64,000 bases of DNA from NCBI GenBank assembly GCA_965224245.1, contig OZ245046.1, positions 1,344,001-1,408,000 on the forward strand, in the 5' to 3' direction. The position numbers and the translations under genes are program-made. The notes under the pieces are model-generated. The model saw only the letters and a program-made list of their open reading frames with translations. It did not search any database and had not been told where the DNA came from. Positions 9,719 to 19,813 of the stretch are shown here, one piece after another. Within the stretch, counting starts at the first letter, position 1. The number at the start of each line of letters is the position of its first letter. Source of the DNA: Candidatus Eiseniibacteriota bacterium (GTDB lineage: Bacteria > Eisenbacteria > RBG-16-71-46 > CAZAMP01).

Positions 9719-9976
9719 TCACGCGGGCTCGATGACCTCCACCTGGACGCGCTTCTTGTGCTTGGCGCCGATCGCGGACATGATCGTGCGAAGCGCCTGG
9801 ATGTTGCGGCCGCTCTTGCCGACGACCTTCCCCATCTCGCTCTGCGGGCACCGAATCTCGAATATCACCAGGCTGTGACCTTCCGTCGTCGAGATGGTCG
9901 CGGCTGACGCGTCATCCACCAGTGAGGTGACGAGCATCGTGATGGTGCGCTGCAGGCTGTCGACAGTCTCGTCCAT
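9719..9976 (-). CDS. khpA: KH-domain RNA-binding protein KhpA
   Basis: 85 aa, EMGKVVGKSGRNIQALRTIM (GxxG loop). Confidence 0.85.
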   Translation of the reverse strand: MDETVDSLQRTITMLVTSLVDDASAATISTTEGHSLVIFEIRCPQSEMGKVVGKSGRNIQALRTIMSAIGAKHKKRVQVEVIEPA

Positions 9977-10152
9977 TGCGCTTCTCCGACGTGAAACTCG
10001 GGGAGGACGAACGCATCTGACGGCGCCCGCCTGGTGGGACCGACCCTGTATAGCCGAACGGCGAGACCGGCCGCAAGTGGGGGAACCCGCGATGGCCTCT
10101 CGCGACCGGCGAGAGAGGGGCCTCTCGAGCCCGGAGGAAGCGGACGCGCCAA

Positions 10153-10240
10153 TGGTGCCGGAGGCGGGAATCGAACCCGCACGGGCAAGAAGCCCACGGG
10201 ATTTTGAGTCCCGCGCGTCTACCAATTCCACCACTCCGGC
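10153..10240 (-). tRNA. tRNA-Leu(CAA)
   Basis: GCCGGAGTGGTGGAATTGGTAGAC...anticodon loop CTCAAAA, long variable arm, GGTTCGATTCC, encoded CCA. Confidence 0.95.
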
Positions 10241-10256
10241 GGCGAGGCACGTCGGG

Positions 10257-10335
10257 AGCATAGAAATCGGGTCCCGAGGGTGTCAAGCCACGCACCCGAA
10301 CCGGGTTGACAGCCCCGAGATGCATTCCCGATAAT
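10257..10335. promoter_or_regulatory. Back-to-back sigma70-type promoters for the divergent tRNAs
   Basis: Minus strand TTGACA(10286-10281)-N18-TATGCT. Plus strand TTGACA(10306-10311)-N18-GATAAT. Confidence 0.65.
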
Positions 10336-10350
10336 CCCGCGCCTCGGAGT

Positions 10351-10426
10351 GGGGCCGTAGCTCAGTTGGGAGAGCGCATGACTGGCAGTCATGAGGTCGT
10401 CGGTTCGATCCCGATCGGCTCCACCA
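10351..10426 (+). tRNA. tRNA-Ala(GGC)
   Basis: GGGGCCGTAGCTCAG..., CATGA-CTGGCAG-TCATG anticodon arm, G3-U70 pair, CCA end. Confidence 0.97.
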
Positions 10427-10532
10427 TTTCACTCATCCCCACCGCCTGAACACGATCGTCGACTCTCGCACGAGACCCGGCTCGTGTGGATCCCGACCGC
10501 CGCCGCGATCCCGACGTCCCGCGTCGGCTCCC

Positions 10533-10561
10533 TTGACCGATTCCACGCTCGTTGCTAGGTT
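10533..10561 (+). promoter_or_regulatory. Putative sigma70 promoter for scpAB
   Basis: TTGACC-N17-TAGGTT with an extended -10 TG. Confidence 0.45.
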
Positions 10562-10609
10562 GCGGCGCAACGATCGAGCATCACCACGCCCGGGGCGCGA
10601 GGACGAACG

Positions 10610-11392
10610 ATGACGGCTCTTGGACACGTGACCGACGCCGACGCAGAGGAATCCCCGTATCGCGGTGTCCAGGTCCATCTGGAGGCGTTCGCCGGGCCGC
10701 TCGATCTCCTGCTGCATCTGATCCAGCGGGACGAGATCGACGTCTACGACATTCCGATCGCCCACATCACCACGCAGTATCTCGAGCACCTCGAGCTGAT
10801 GTCCGAGCTGGATCTCGAGGTCGCCGGAGAGTACCTCGTGATGGCGGCGACCCTGATCCGCATCAAGTCGCAGATGCTCCTGCCCACGCCGGCGATCGAC
10901 GAGGACGGCGAGGAGATCGATCCTCGCGAAGAGCTCGTCCGTCGCCTGATCGAGTACCGCAAGTTCAAGACCGTCGCCGAGCAGCTGCGAGAGCACGAGC
11001 TCTCGCGCCAGAGGCGCCACGCCCGGCAGATCGAGCCACCCGAGCTGGCGCCCGACGAGCTGCCCATCGGGCGCGTCACGGCCTTCGATCTGGTCACGCA
11101 CCTCAAGGCCGTGCTCGCGCGTCTGGACGACGTGACGACCCACGAGGTCGAGCTGGAGCCGGTCCACCTGGAAGATCGCATCGAGCTCCTGCGAGCGCGG
11201 CTGGCGGGGCAGCGCGAGCTGACCTTCACCGAGTATCTCAGGGACGTGCGCTCCCGCATGGGAGTCGTCGTCAGCTTCATGGCCGTGCTCGAGCTGATGA
11301 AGGCGGGTGAGATCTCCGCCGTTCAGGAGCACGCGTTCGGTGAGATCCTCATCCTGAGGAGGGATGGCCTTGGATCCGACGCAACTGCGTGA
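10610..11392 (+). CDS. scpA: Segregation and condensation protein A
   Basis: FAGPLDLLLHLI, EYLVMAATLIRIKSQMLLP, FMAVLELMK. Confidence 0.95.
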   Translation: MTALGHVTDADAEESPYRGVQVHLEAFAGPLDLLLHLIQRDEIDVYDIPIAHITTQYLEHLELMSELDLEVAGEYLVMAATLIRIKSQMLLPTPAIDEDGEEIDPREELVRRLIEYRKFKTVAEQLREHELSRQRRHARQIEPPELAPDELPIGRVTAFDLVTHLKAVLARLDDVTTHEVELEPVHLEDRIELLRARLAGQRELTFTEYLRDVRSRMGVVVSFMAVLELMKAGEISAVQEHAFGEILILRRDGLGSDATA

Positions 11393-12164
11393 CGTGGTGG
11401 AAGCGCTCCTCTTCTCCAGCGACACGCCCCTGAAGGGACGCACGCTGGCCGAGGTCATCGGTAACGACGTGTCGGCCAACGACGTCCGCAAGGCGGTCAA
11501 GGAGCTCGGCGACCGCTACGTCGAGGGCGGCTCCGCGGTCACGATCGCCGAGATCGCCGGCGGGTATCAGCTCCTCACGCGGTCCGAGTTCGACTCGTAC
11601 GTGCGCAAGCTGTTCAAATCGCGACAGAAGGCGCGGCTCTCGAGGGCGGCGCTGGAGACGCTCGCCATCATCGCGTACCGGCAGCCGCTCACCCGTCCTC
11701 AGATCGAAGAGGTGCGGGGCGTGGACGCCGGTGGGGTGCTGCACACGCTCGCCGAGCGGGGTCTGATCAAGATCGCCGGACGCGCCGAGGGGCCCGGACG
11801 GCCGCTCCTGTATGGCACCACGCCGAGCTTCATGGAGCACTTCGGGCTGAAGTCGCTCGGGCAGCTTCCGCGGATCGACGACGTCGCCGACGAGCTGGAC
11901 CGCCGACTCATCGCCGAGGATCTGGCCAAGGAGCTGGGCGGGGACTCGAGCGAGTTCGACGACGCCATCTCGGCCGAGCTGGATCCGCCGGCCGACGTGG
12001 ACGATGCCCAGACGGAAGGCGTCGAGGCGGATGGCGTCGGGGCGGAGGCCGAGGTGGACGACGTCCAGGACGACGTGCGTGACACGACGGTCCCTTCGGA
12101 CGAGCGCCAGGACGTAGCCCAGTCAGAGGCCGCCGAGCCGACCGACCAGCCCCTCTCCGCGTAG
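11364..12164 (+). CDS. scpB: Segregation and condensation protein B
   Basis: VEALLF, LSRAALETLAIIAYRQP, PGRPLLYGTT. Acidic tail. Confidence 0.95.
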   Translation: MALDPTQLRDVVEALLFSSDTPLKGRTLAEVIGNDVSANDVRKAVKELGDRYVEGGSAVTIAEIAGGYQLLTRSEFDSYVRKLFKSRQKARLSRAALETLAIIAYRQPLTRPQIEEVRGVDAGGVLHTLAERGLIKIAGRAEGPGRPLLYGTTPSFMEHFGLKSLGQLPRIDDVADELDRRLIAEDLAKELGGDSSEFDDAISAELDPPADVDDAQTEGVEADGVGAEAEVDDVQDDVRDTTVPSDERQDVAQSEAAEPTDQPLSA

Positions 12165-12293
12165 TGGTTGCGAGTCGCCGGATCGCTCCTGTAGGATCTT
12201 CCGTCTGTCATTTCTGGCCGTGCGTTCGGCGGGCGCCCGCGCGCCGCGGATGCTCGGCCACGTGAGTCCCGGCGAACCGAAGGTCCTCAGATC

Positions 12294-13556
12294 ATGGCCG
12301 TCCGGCTCCAGGGCGAGTTCTCCCCTCCGGGGGACAAGTCCATCTCGCACCGCGCGCTCCTGTTCTCGGCCCTCGCGGCCGGCCGGAGCGAGATCGCCGG
12401 GCTGAATCCCGGACGCGACGTCGAGGCCACGCGTGCGCTCCTCGGCGCGCTGGGGACGACGATCGCCGACGAGGGGGGACGGGTGGTGCTCGAGGGCGCC
12501 GGCGGGCGCTTCCGATCCCCGTCCGGTCCGCTGGACTGCGGGAACTCCGGCACCACGATGAGGCTGGCCACCGGGCTTCTCGCCGCGCGGGACGTCACCG
12601 CGACCCTGATCGGCGACGCGTCACTCTCGGGCCGCCCGATGGAGCGCGTGGCCGAGCCGCTCCGCCAGATGGGCGCCCGCGTGGTCACCACCGACGGCCA
12701 CGCGCCGATCCGGATCGAGCCGGCCGGCATGCTGACCCCGATCACGTTCCGGAGTCCGGTGGCGAGCGCGCAGATCAAGTCGGCCGTCCTCCTCGCGGCG
12801 CTGGACGTGGCCGGCACCACCGTCGTCCGAGAGCCCGGGCGCTCCCGCGATCACACCGAACGGATGCTCGGGGCGATGGGGGCCGCGATCACCGTGGACG
12901 CCGACGCGATCCGTCTGACCGGCGGCGCGGCCCTGGATCCGATCCGGATGACGGTGCCCGGCGATGCGTCGTCGGCCGCGTTCTTTCTCTCGGCGGCGGC
13001 GGCGCTGCCGGGATCCCGCGTCACGGCGATCGGGGTCGGCCTCAACCCGACCCGGACGGGGTTTCTCGGGGTGCTGGAGCGCATGGGGGCCCCGGTCGGC
13101 ATCGCGGGTCTCCGCGTGGAGGGCGGCGAGCCGGCCGGCGACGTGACCGTGGAAGGGGCCCGCCTCCACGGCACGACCGTGGAGGCCGACGAGGTCCCCT
13201 CGTTGATCGACGAGATTCCGATCCTGGCCGTGATCGCGGCCGTCGCCGACGGTCCCACCGAGATCCGGGGTGCCGCCGAGCTGCGGGTCAAGGAGTCCGA
13301 TCGGCTGAAGGCGGTCGCGATGGGCCTGAGCGCACTCGGGGCCGGGGTCGAGGAGCGTCCGGACGGACTGTCGATCTCGGGCGGGGGCTACCGGCGCGGC
13401 GGATCGGTCGCCAGCGAGTCCGACCATCGGATCGCGATGAGCTTCGCCGTCGCCGACCTGCTGTGTCCCGAGCGTGTCCACGTCGACGACGCCGGGGTGA
13501 GCGACGTCTCGGATCCCGCGTTCGCCGGCGTCCTGGCCGGGCTGGTGGTCAGATGA
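12294..13556 (+). CDS. aroA: EPSP synthase
   Basis: PGDKSISHRA, DCGNSGTTMRL, ASAQIKSA, RDHTERML, ELRVKESDR, DHRIAMS. Confidence 0.95.
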   Translation: MAVRLQGEFSPPGDKSISHRALLFSALAAGRSEIAGLNPGRDVEATRALLGALGTTIADEGGRVVLEGAGGRFRSPSGPLDCGNSGTTMRLATGLLAARDVTATLIGDASLSGRPMERVAEPLRQMGARVVTTDGHAPIRIEPAGMLTPITFRSPVASAQIKSAVLLAALDVAGTTVVREPGRSRDHTERMLGAMGAAITVDADAIRLTGGAALDPIRMTVPGDASSAAFFLSAAAALPGSRVTAIGVGLNPTRTGFLGVLERMGAPVGIAGLRVEGGEPAGDVTVEGARLHGTTVEADEVPSLIDEIPILAVIAAVADGPTEIRGAAELRVKESDRLKAVAMGLSALGAGVEERPDGLSISGGGYRRGGSVASESDHRIAMSFAVADLLCPERVHVDDAGVSDVSDPAFAGVLAGLVVR

Positions 13557-14215
13557 GCCGCCGCGTGCGGATCGCCATCGACGGTCCGTCGGCGAGCGGC
13601 AAGACGACGACGGCCCGCGCGGTGGCCCGGCGGCTCGGATACCGCTATCTCGACTCCGGTGCGCTCTATCGGTGTCTGGGGCTCAAGATCTCGCAGCTGG
13701 GCGTCGATCCCGACGACGCCGGGGCGGTCGCGGCCGTCGTCTCCTCGACCACGGTCGAGTACGACGACGAGGGTCGCGCCTGGCTGGACGGTCAGCTACA
13801 ATCCGGCGCGCTTCGAACGCCCGAGGTGGCCGACCTGGCATCCCGCGCGAGCGTGCATCCGGCCGCGCGCGACTGGATCACCGCCCGTCTCCGGGACGCA
13901 GCGGCCGGTGGGGGCGTGGTCGTGGAGGGGCGCGACATCGGTACCGTCGTCTTGCCGGACGCCGAGGTGAAGGTGTTTCTGAGCGCCGATCTGCAAGTTC
14001 GTGCAGAGAGGCGATTTACGGATCTGCAAGAGTCTGGTCACGGGGGCGCCCTGGCCGACGTGGCCGAGGACCTGAGGCGTCGTGACGAGCGGGACAGCGC
14101 GCGCGCGGCGGCTCCTCTCGTGCCGGCCGAGGGGGCCGTGCTCCTGGATGGGTCGCACCTGTCGTTCGAGGAGCAGGTCGAGGCGGTGCTGGCGCTGGTT
14201 CGTGACGTCGCGTGA
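13553..14215 (+). CDS. cmk: Cytidylate kinase
   Basis: IAIDGPSASGKTT, YLDSGALYR, EGRDIGTVVLPDA. Confidence 0.95.
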   Translation: MSRRVRIAIDGPSASGKTTTARAVARRLGYRYLDSGALYRCLGLKISQLGVDPDDAGAVAAVVSSTTVEYDDEGRAWLDGQLQSGALRTPEVADLASRASVHPAARDWITARLRDAAAGGGVVVEGRDIGTVVLPDAEVKVFLSADLQVRAERRFTDLQESGHGGALADVAEDLRRRDERDSARAAAPLVPAEGAVLLDGSHLSFEEQVEAVLALVRDVA

Positions 14216-14865
14216 ACGCGGTCTATCGGAGCGGATGGCTCCTGGGACGGCTCGTATTCCGGGTGCTTCTCGGGGTACGATACGTCGGCTCGGAAAAGGT
14301 ACCGCGGTGCGGAAGCGTCGTGGTGGCGCCCAATCACCGGAGCTACCTCGATCCACCGCTCGCGGGCTGCGGGATCGAGCGGGAGCTCCACTTCTTCGCG
14401 AAGTCGGAGCTGTTCGCGGTACCGCTACTGGGGTCGCTCATTCGCGCGTTCAACGCGATTCCCGTCCGGCGGGGACGGGCCGATCGCAAGAGCCTCGCGC
14501 TCGCCGTGGAGTGCGTCACCGCCGGCGGGGGATTGATGCTGTTCCCCGAGGGAACGCGCTCGAAAGGCGAGGGCTTCCTGGCCCCGAAGGTCGGGGTGGC
14601 CATGATCGCGCTGCGGGGCGCGGCGCCCATCGTGCCGGTGTACCTGACCACCGGGGGGGCCGGACGGCTCTGGCGATCGATGCTGAGGATGGATCCCATT
14701 CGCGTCGTGTACGGCGATCCCGTCACGGCGGACGAGCTCGTGCCGGACACCGGCGCCGCCGAGCGATCGGCTCGCTACACGGCGATCGCCGAGGCGATCA
14801 TGGCACGAATCGAGGCGCTCGGCGCCGGCGGTGGCGAAGCCGGCGGCGGCGAGCGTGAGGTGTGA
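14212..14865 (+). CDS. plsC: 1-acyl-sn-glycerol-3-phosphate acyltransferase
   Basis: NHRSYLD (HX4D) and FPEGTRS. Lies between cmk and rpsA. Confidence 0.85.
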   Translation: MNAVYRSGWLLGRLVFRVLLGVRYVGSEKVPRCGSVVVAPNHRSYLDPPLAGCGIERELHFFAKSELFAVPLLGSLIRAFNAIPVRRGRADRKSLALAVECVTAGGGLMLFPEGTRSKGEGFLAPKVGVAMIALRGAAPIVPVYLTTGGAGRLWRSMLRMDPIRVVYGDPVTADELVPDTGAAERSARYTAIAEAIMARIEALGAGGGEAGGGEREV

Positions 14866-15005
14866 GTGAACCAGGCAGGGCCCGCGGGGCGCCGACCGGC
14901 GTGCTCGAGGGCACACGCGCGCGCGAGCGCGCGGCGGCGAGCAGCGTGGGGCTGCTTCCGAACCAATCCCGTTCTCCTGTCGGACGGGTGGATGACGAAC
15001 GGAAC

Positions 15006-16763
15006 ATGACGGACGAAAACCAGAAGATGCCGGCCATCGACGTGATGTCCGAGGGACGACCCGACTACCTGGACGACGACGAGCTGCTCAGCGACTCGGA
15101 GATGAGCGAGCTGAACGAGCTCTACGAGGAGTCCTTCTCCCACCTGGGCGAGGGCGAGATCGTCTCGGGCAAGGTGATCGCGGTCAACGACAACGACGTC
15201 CTCGTGGACATCGGATTCAAGTCCGAGGGCATCATTCCCAAGGCCGAGTTCCCCGATCCGTCGGTGCTGGCGGTCGGTGACGTGTTCGAGGTCTTCCTCG
15301 AGTACATGGAGGACCAGGACGGTCTCGTGGTCCTGTCCAAGCAGCGCGCCGACTTCATGAAGGTCTGGGACAAGGTCAAGGATGCCGCCGACGCGAACGA
15401 GATCGTCGAGGGTCGCATCACGCGCAAGATCAAGGGCGGCGCCGTCGTCGACCTGTTCGGGGTCGAGGCCTTCCTGCCCGGCTCGCAGATCGCGCTCCGG
15501 CAGGTGCACAACATCGACGATCTGATGGAGCAGACGCTGCAGTTCAAGATCATCAAGCTGAACAAGCGTCGCCGGAACATCGTCGTCTCGCGCCGCATGG
15601 TGCTCGAGGAGGAGCGCGAGAAGCTCAAGACCGAGGTACTCAAGGACCTGGCCGAAGGGCAGGTGCGCGAGGGCGTGGTCAAGAACATCACCGACTTCGG
15701 CGCGTTCGTGGATCTGGGCGGCATCGACGGTCTTCTGCACATCACCGACATGAGCTGGGGCCGCGTGAACCACCCGTCCGAGGTGGTCTCGATCGGTGAC
15801 AAGCTCTCGGTCAAGGTCCTCAAGTTCGATCCGGAGCGCGAGCGCATCTCGCTCGGTCTGAAGCAGCTCTCCCGCTACCCGTGGGAGAACGTGGCCGAGA
15901 AGTACCCCGTGGGCTCGAAGGTCCAGGGGCGGGTCGTGTCGATCACCGACTACGGCGCGTTCGTCGAGCTGGAGAAGGGCGTCGAGGGGCTCATCCACGT
16001 CTCCGAGATGTCCTGGGCTCGCCACATCAAGCATCCCTCGAAGGTCCTCTCCATTCAGGATCAGGTCGAGGCGATGGTGCTGAAGGTGGACCAGGAGCAC
16101 GAGAAGATCTCGCTCGGCCTGAAGCAGGCCCAGCCCGATCCGTGGGAGAACCTGGAGGAGCGCTATCCCGAGGACGCCATCGTCGAGGGCCGGGTTCGCA
16201 ACCTGACGAACTTCGGTGCCTTCGTCGAGCTGGAAGAGGGCGTGGACGGTCTCGTGCACATCAGCGACATGTCGTGGACCAAGCGCATCGAGCACCCGAA
16301 CGAGGTCGTCAAGAAGAACGACGTGGTCAAGGTCAAGATCCTGAACATCGACAAGGAGCAGCGCCGGATCTCGCTCGGTCTGAAGCAGGCCGAGGACGAT
16401 CCGTGGCCGACGCTCGTCGAGCGGTTCGAGGTCGGCACCGACGCCACCGGTAAGGTCGTGCGCATGCTGGATCGCGGCGTGGTGGTGGAGCTCGAGGACG
16501 GCATCGAGGGATTCGTGCCGCTCAGCCAGCTCGGCGTCGAAGGGCTCAAGAAGCCCGGCGACGCGTTCAACGAGGGGGACGAGCTGAACCTCAAGGTCTC
16601 GCGCGTGGACGTGGCGAGCCGCCGGATCGTGCTCAGCGCCCGCGCCGCGCTGGCCGAGCAGGACGAGGAGGCGCTTCGCGAGTACCGCGAGCGCTACGAG
16701 GACTCCGACGCAGCCTCGGACGGGGTGTCGGTCGCCGACGACTCGTCCGGCGGAGACGCCTAG
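15006..16763 (+). CDS. rpsA: 30S ribosomal protein S1 (six S1 domains)
   Basis: DIGFKSEG, AFLPGSQI, and repeated TDFGAFVDLGGIDGLLHITDMSW-type S1 units. Start uncertain among nearby ATGs. Confidence 0.95.
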   Translation: MTDENQKMPAIDVMSEGRPDYLDDDELLSDSEMSELNELYEESFSHLGEGEIVSGKVIAVNDNDVLVDIGFKSEGIIPKAEFPDPSVLAVGDVFEVFLEYMEDQDGLVVLSKQRADFMKVWDKVKDAADANEIVEGRITRKIKGGAVVDLFGVEAFLPGSQIALRQVHNIDDLMEQTLQFKIIKLNKRRRNIVVSRRMVLEEEREKLKTEVLKDLAEGQVREGVVKNITDFGAFVDLGGIDGLLHITDMSWGRVNHPSEVVSIGDKLSVKVLKFDPERERISLGLKQLSRYPWENVAEKYPVGSKVQGRVVSITDYGAFVELEKGVEGLIHVSEMSWARHIKHPSKVLSIQDQVEAMVLKVDQEHEKISLGLKQAQPDPWENLEERYPEDAIVEGRVRNLTNFGAFVELEEGVDGLVHISDMSWTKRIEHPNEVVKKNDVVKVKILNIDKEQRRISLGLKQAEDDPWPTLVERFEVGTDATGKVVRMLDRGVVVELEDGIEGFVPLSQLGVEGLKKPGDAFNEGDELNLKVSRVDVASRRIVLSARAALAEQDEEALREYRERYEDSDAASDGVSVADDSSGGDA

Positions 16764-16778
16764 CCGGGCAACCGTGGT

Positions 16779-16807
16779 TCCACGGGGCGCGGTCCGCGTC
16801 CCGTGGA
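16779..16807 (+). terminator. Stable hairpin after rpsA (no U tract)
   Basis: TCCACGGGGCGCG-GTC-CGCGTCCCGTGGA. Confidence 0.4.
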
Positions 16808-16879
16808 TCCTCGACACCGCCGGCAGTCGTGGTATAACGCTACCTGCGTCCCGTTCGTGCGCCCAGCCGGAGATCCGTC

Positions 16880-18265
16880 ATGGTCGAGCCACATCCCCAC
16901 CCCAAGCGCGTCACGTGCTACCTGGAGAGCTACGGCTGCCAGATGAACGTGAACGACTCGGACATCGTCGTGAGCCATCTCCGTCGGGACGGCTACCACG
17001 TGGTGGACGATCCCGCGCGGGCCGACGTGATCCTCCTGAACACGTGCTCGGTGCGCGAGCGTGCCGAGGAGCGCGTGGTCGGCCGGCTGTGGGATCTCAG
17101 TCGTCACCGCAAGCACAGCCGGCTGCGCGTGCTCGGCGTCATGGGCTGCATGGCCCAGCGGACGGGCCACCGCCTGGTCGAGCAGTGCCGCGAGGTCGAC
17201 CTGGTGGTCGGGACACAGGCGTTCACCCGGATTCCCCAGCACGTCGAGACGCTCCTCGCCGGTGGCGGACCGCTCGTCGACCTCGAGGCCGTGGACGAGA
17301 TGCCACGGCTCGACATTCGCGCCCACGCGATGCGGGGGCGGGTCGGATTCGTCAGCATCATGCGCGGCTGCAATCGCTCGTGCACGTACTGCATCGTACC
17401 GGCGCTGCGAGGCAAGGAGATCTACCGCACCACCGCCGACGTGGTCGCCGAGACGCGCGGGCTGGCGGCCCGGGGCATGCGCGAGGTGATCCTGCTCGGT
17501 CAGAACGTCAACTCGTGGCGCGAGGGGCGCGCCCGTTTCGGAGACCTCCTGCGTCGCGTGAACGACATCGACGAGATCGAGCACATCCGGTTCACGACCC
17601 CGCATCCCCGCGACTTCGACGCCGACTGTCTGGAGGCGATCGCGTCGTGCGAGAAGGTGTGCGAGCACCTCCACATGCCGCTCCAGTCCGGCTCCAACGC
17701 CGTGCTGCGCCGGATGATCCGGGGCTACTCGCGCGAGAAGTACCTCCGGATCGTGGAGGCCGCGCGCGAGCGCATTCCCGACGTCGCCATCACGACCGAC
17801 ATCATCGTCGGGTTTCCCGGCGAGACGCGCGAGGAGTTCCAGGAGACGCTCGACGTGGCCCGTCGCGTCGGGTACGACGCCGCGTTCACGTTCAAGTTCT
17901 CGCCCCGCGAGGGGACCAAGGCGGCGGACATGCCCGACGACGTGTCCGACGCGGAGAAGCGAGCCCGGCTGGCCGAGCTCAACGCCGTGGTCAAGGAACA
18001 TGCCCACCAGCGCAACCAGCTGCTCGTCGGTCGATCGTTGCCGGTCGTCCTGGAGCACGTCGAGGACGCGGCCACGGATCTCTCGAAGGGACGTACGCGC
18101 ACGAACAAGTCCGTGCTCGTGCGCGCTCCACGCTCGGATCTCGGGCGCATTCGCCAGGTTCGGATCTCGCACGCGAAGGGTCTCATTCTGCACGGGACGC
18201 TCGAGCCGGTCGGCCAGTCCGCCGGCCCCGCCGCGCGCGTCAGCGCGCGCGTTCAGGCCTCGTAA
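16880..18265 (+). CDS. miaB: tRNA-i6A37 methylthiotransferase
   Basis: YGCQMN, NTCSVRE, CNRSCTYC radical-SAM motif, LLGQNVNS, TRAM domain. Confidence 0.92.
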   Translation: MVEPHPHPKRVTCYLESYGCQMNVNDSDIVVSHLRRDGYHVVDDPARADVILLNTCSVRERAEERVVGRLWDLSRHRKHSRLRVLGVMGCMAQRTGHRLVEQCREVDLVVGTQAFTRIPQHVETLLAGGGPLVDLEAVDEMPRLDIRAHAMRGRVGFVSIMRGCNRSCTYCIVPALRGKEIYRTTADVVAETRGLAARGMREVILLGQNVNSWREGRARFGDLLRRVNDIDEIEHIRFTTPHPRDFDADCLEAIASCEKVCEHLHMPLQSGSNAVLRRMIRGYSREKYLRIVEAARERIPDVAITTDIIVGFPGETREEFQETLDVARRVGYDAAFTFKFSPREGTKAADMPDDVSDAEKRARLAELNAVVKEHAHQRNQLLVGRSLPVVLEHVEDAATDLSKGRTRTNKSVLVRAPRSDLGRIRQVRISHAKGLILHGTLEPVGQSAGPAARVSARVQAS

Positions 18266-18274
18266 GGAGCCACG

Positions 18275-18637
18275 ATGATTTTCTACATGATCTTTCTCGC
18301 GGCACTCGCGTTCGTGCTGATCTTCCTCGGCATCCGCAACGGCGGCGAGACGGTCACGGTGGTCGGGTTCACCGAGACGTATCCCAACCTGTCGCAGCCA
18401 CTGGTGCTGCTGGTGACGTTCCTCCTGGGGATGGCGACCTGGATGATCGTCTCGGTCGTCCAGTTCTTCGGCGCCAAGGGAGAGCTTCGCCGCCTGCGCA
18501 AGGAAAACCGCCGCTTGCGCGACGAGCTCACCCGGGTGCGGAACGCTCCCATCCAGGATCTGGACGAGCCCGGCGACGTCCTGGACGACTCGTCCGCCGT
18601 GGCCCGCGACTTCGCCGACTCCGACGCCGTTCGCTGA
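18275..18637 (+). CDS. lapA: LapA-like (DUF1049) membrane protein
   Basis: Two TM helices plus a coiled coil, directly upstream of a lapB-like gene. Confidence 0.65.
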   Translation: MIFYMIFLAALAFVLIFLGIRNGGETVTVVGFTETYPNLSQPLVLLVTFLLGMATWMIVSVVQFFGAKGELRRLRKENRRLRDELTRVRNAPIQDLDEPGDVLDDSSAVARDFADSDAVR

Positions 18638-18649
18638 TCGGAGGATCCG

Positions 18650-19813
18650 GTGTCCCTGGATTCCAGCGCGTTCGTGGCGGCGGCGGCCGCCGCCGTCATC
18701 GTCCTCGCGGTTGCGGTGGCGCTCCTGCGCTCGTCGCTGTCCCGCCGGCGCTCGACCTCCGACACGTACGCCGACGCGCTGGAGGCGCTGGCCAACGGGC
18801 GGGCGCGTCAGGCGATGACGCTCCTGCGCGACGTCGTGGAGGCGGACACCGACCACGTGAAGGCGTACCTCCTTCTCGGCCGCCTCTTTCGCGAGCGCGG
18901 GGACACCGATCGCGCCACGCGCATTCACCAGGAGCTCCGCTCGCGGCCGCTCGACACCGGCATGCGGCGGCGTGTCCTCCGGGAGGTCCTGGAGGACCAC
19001 ATGACCGCCGGGCGCTGGGCCGACGCGAAGTCCGTGGCCCTCGAGCTGCGCCGGATCGGCGGTGACGAGCGGGTCGTGCTGAGGGCCCTGGGTCGGATCC
19101 ACGAGGAGCTCCGGGAGTGGGGCGACGCCCTGTCCACGTTCGAGGCGCTCGAGAAGCGCCAGGAGACGCCCTCGGACCGGCGCATCGCGCTCTACCGTGC
19201 ATTCGTCGCGCGCGACTATCAGCGCCGGGGCAAACTCAAGGAAGCCCGCAAGCACTACGAGTCGGCGCTGAAGGTGGAGCCGGGTCTGGTCGGAGCGCTG
19301 CTCTACCTCGGGGACGTGTTCGAGGCAGACGGCGATCACGCGAAGGCCATCGACACCTGGACGACGCTCGTGAAGAGGAACCCCGGCGCGGCGGTCCTGG
19401 TCCTGGAACGCATGGAGCACGCGACCTACAAACTGGATCCCGCGCGCATCACGAAGCTGACGGCGTTCTACGAGCAGATCCTCGACGAGTCGCCCGGCGA
19501 CGTGTCGACGATGCGGGCGCTGGCCAATCTCCATCGCCGCCGCGGCGACGTCGACGAGGCGCTCGCGGTGCTCACCGCCGCCGACGAGCGCGTCCCGTCC
19601 GACGCGACGATCGGCCTGGAACGGGCCGAGCTCCTCTGGCAGACCGGTCGCCGCGACGAGGCCTTCGAGGTCGTACGTGGTCTTCTGTCCACCACGAAGT
19701 CCCGTGCGCAGGAGGACTTCCGCTGCGCGAAGTGCGGATACGAAAGCGGCGATTATCTGTGGCGATGCCCCTCGTGCAGCCACTGGGAGAGCTTCGACGA
19801 GGCCGTGTCGTGA
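18650..19813 (+). CDS. lapB: LPS assembly regulator LapB-like (TM, TPRs, rubredoxin-like Zn domain)
   Basis: LGRLFRERGDTDRATRIHQ TPR and C-terminal CAKCG...WRCPSCSHWES. Confidence 0.8.
   Translation: MSLDSSAFVAAAAAAVIVLAVAVALLRSSLSRRRSTSDTYADALEALANGRARQAMTLLRDVVEADTDHVKAYLLLGRLFRERGDTDRATRIHQELRSRPLDTGMRRRVLREVLEDHMTAGRWADAKSVALELRRIGGDERVVLRALGRIHEELREWGDALSTFEALEKRQETPSDRRIALYRAFVARDYQRRGKLKEARKHYESALKVEPGLVGALLYLGDVFEADGDHAKAIDTWTTLVKRNPGAAVLVLERMEHATYKLDPARITKLTAFYEQILDESPGDVSTMRALANLHRRRGDVDEALAVLTAADERVPSDATIGLERAELLWQTGRRDEAFEVVRGLLSTTKSRAQEDFRCAKCGYESGDYLWRCPSCSHWESFDEAVS

Noticed and set aside
10153-10426. tRNA-Leu/tRNA-Ala as island integration sites
   Set aside because: Both are flanked by core genes with normal GC, and I saw no duplicated 3' ends or nearby integrase.
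15600-16420. Repeated DNA blocks (e.g. ATCTCGCTCGGTCTGAAGCAG)
   Set aside because: These are the tandem S1 domains of rpsA, not a repeat element or CRISPR array.
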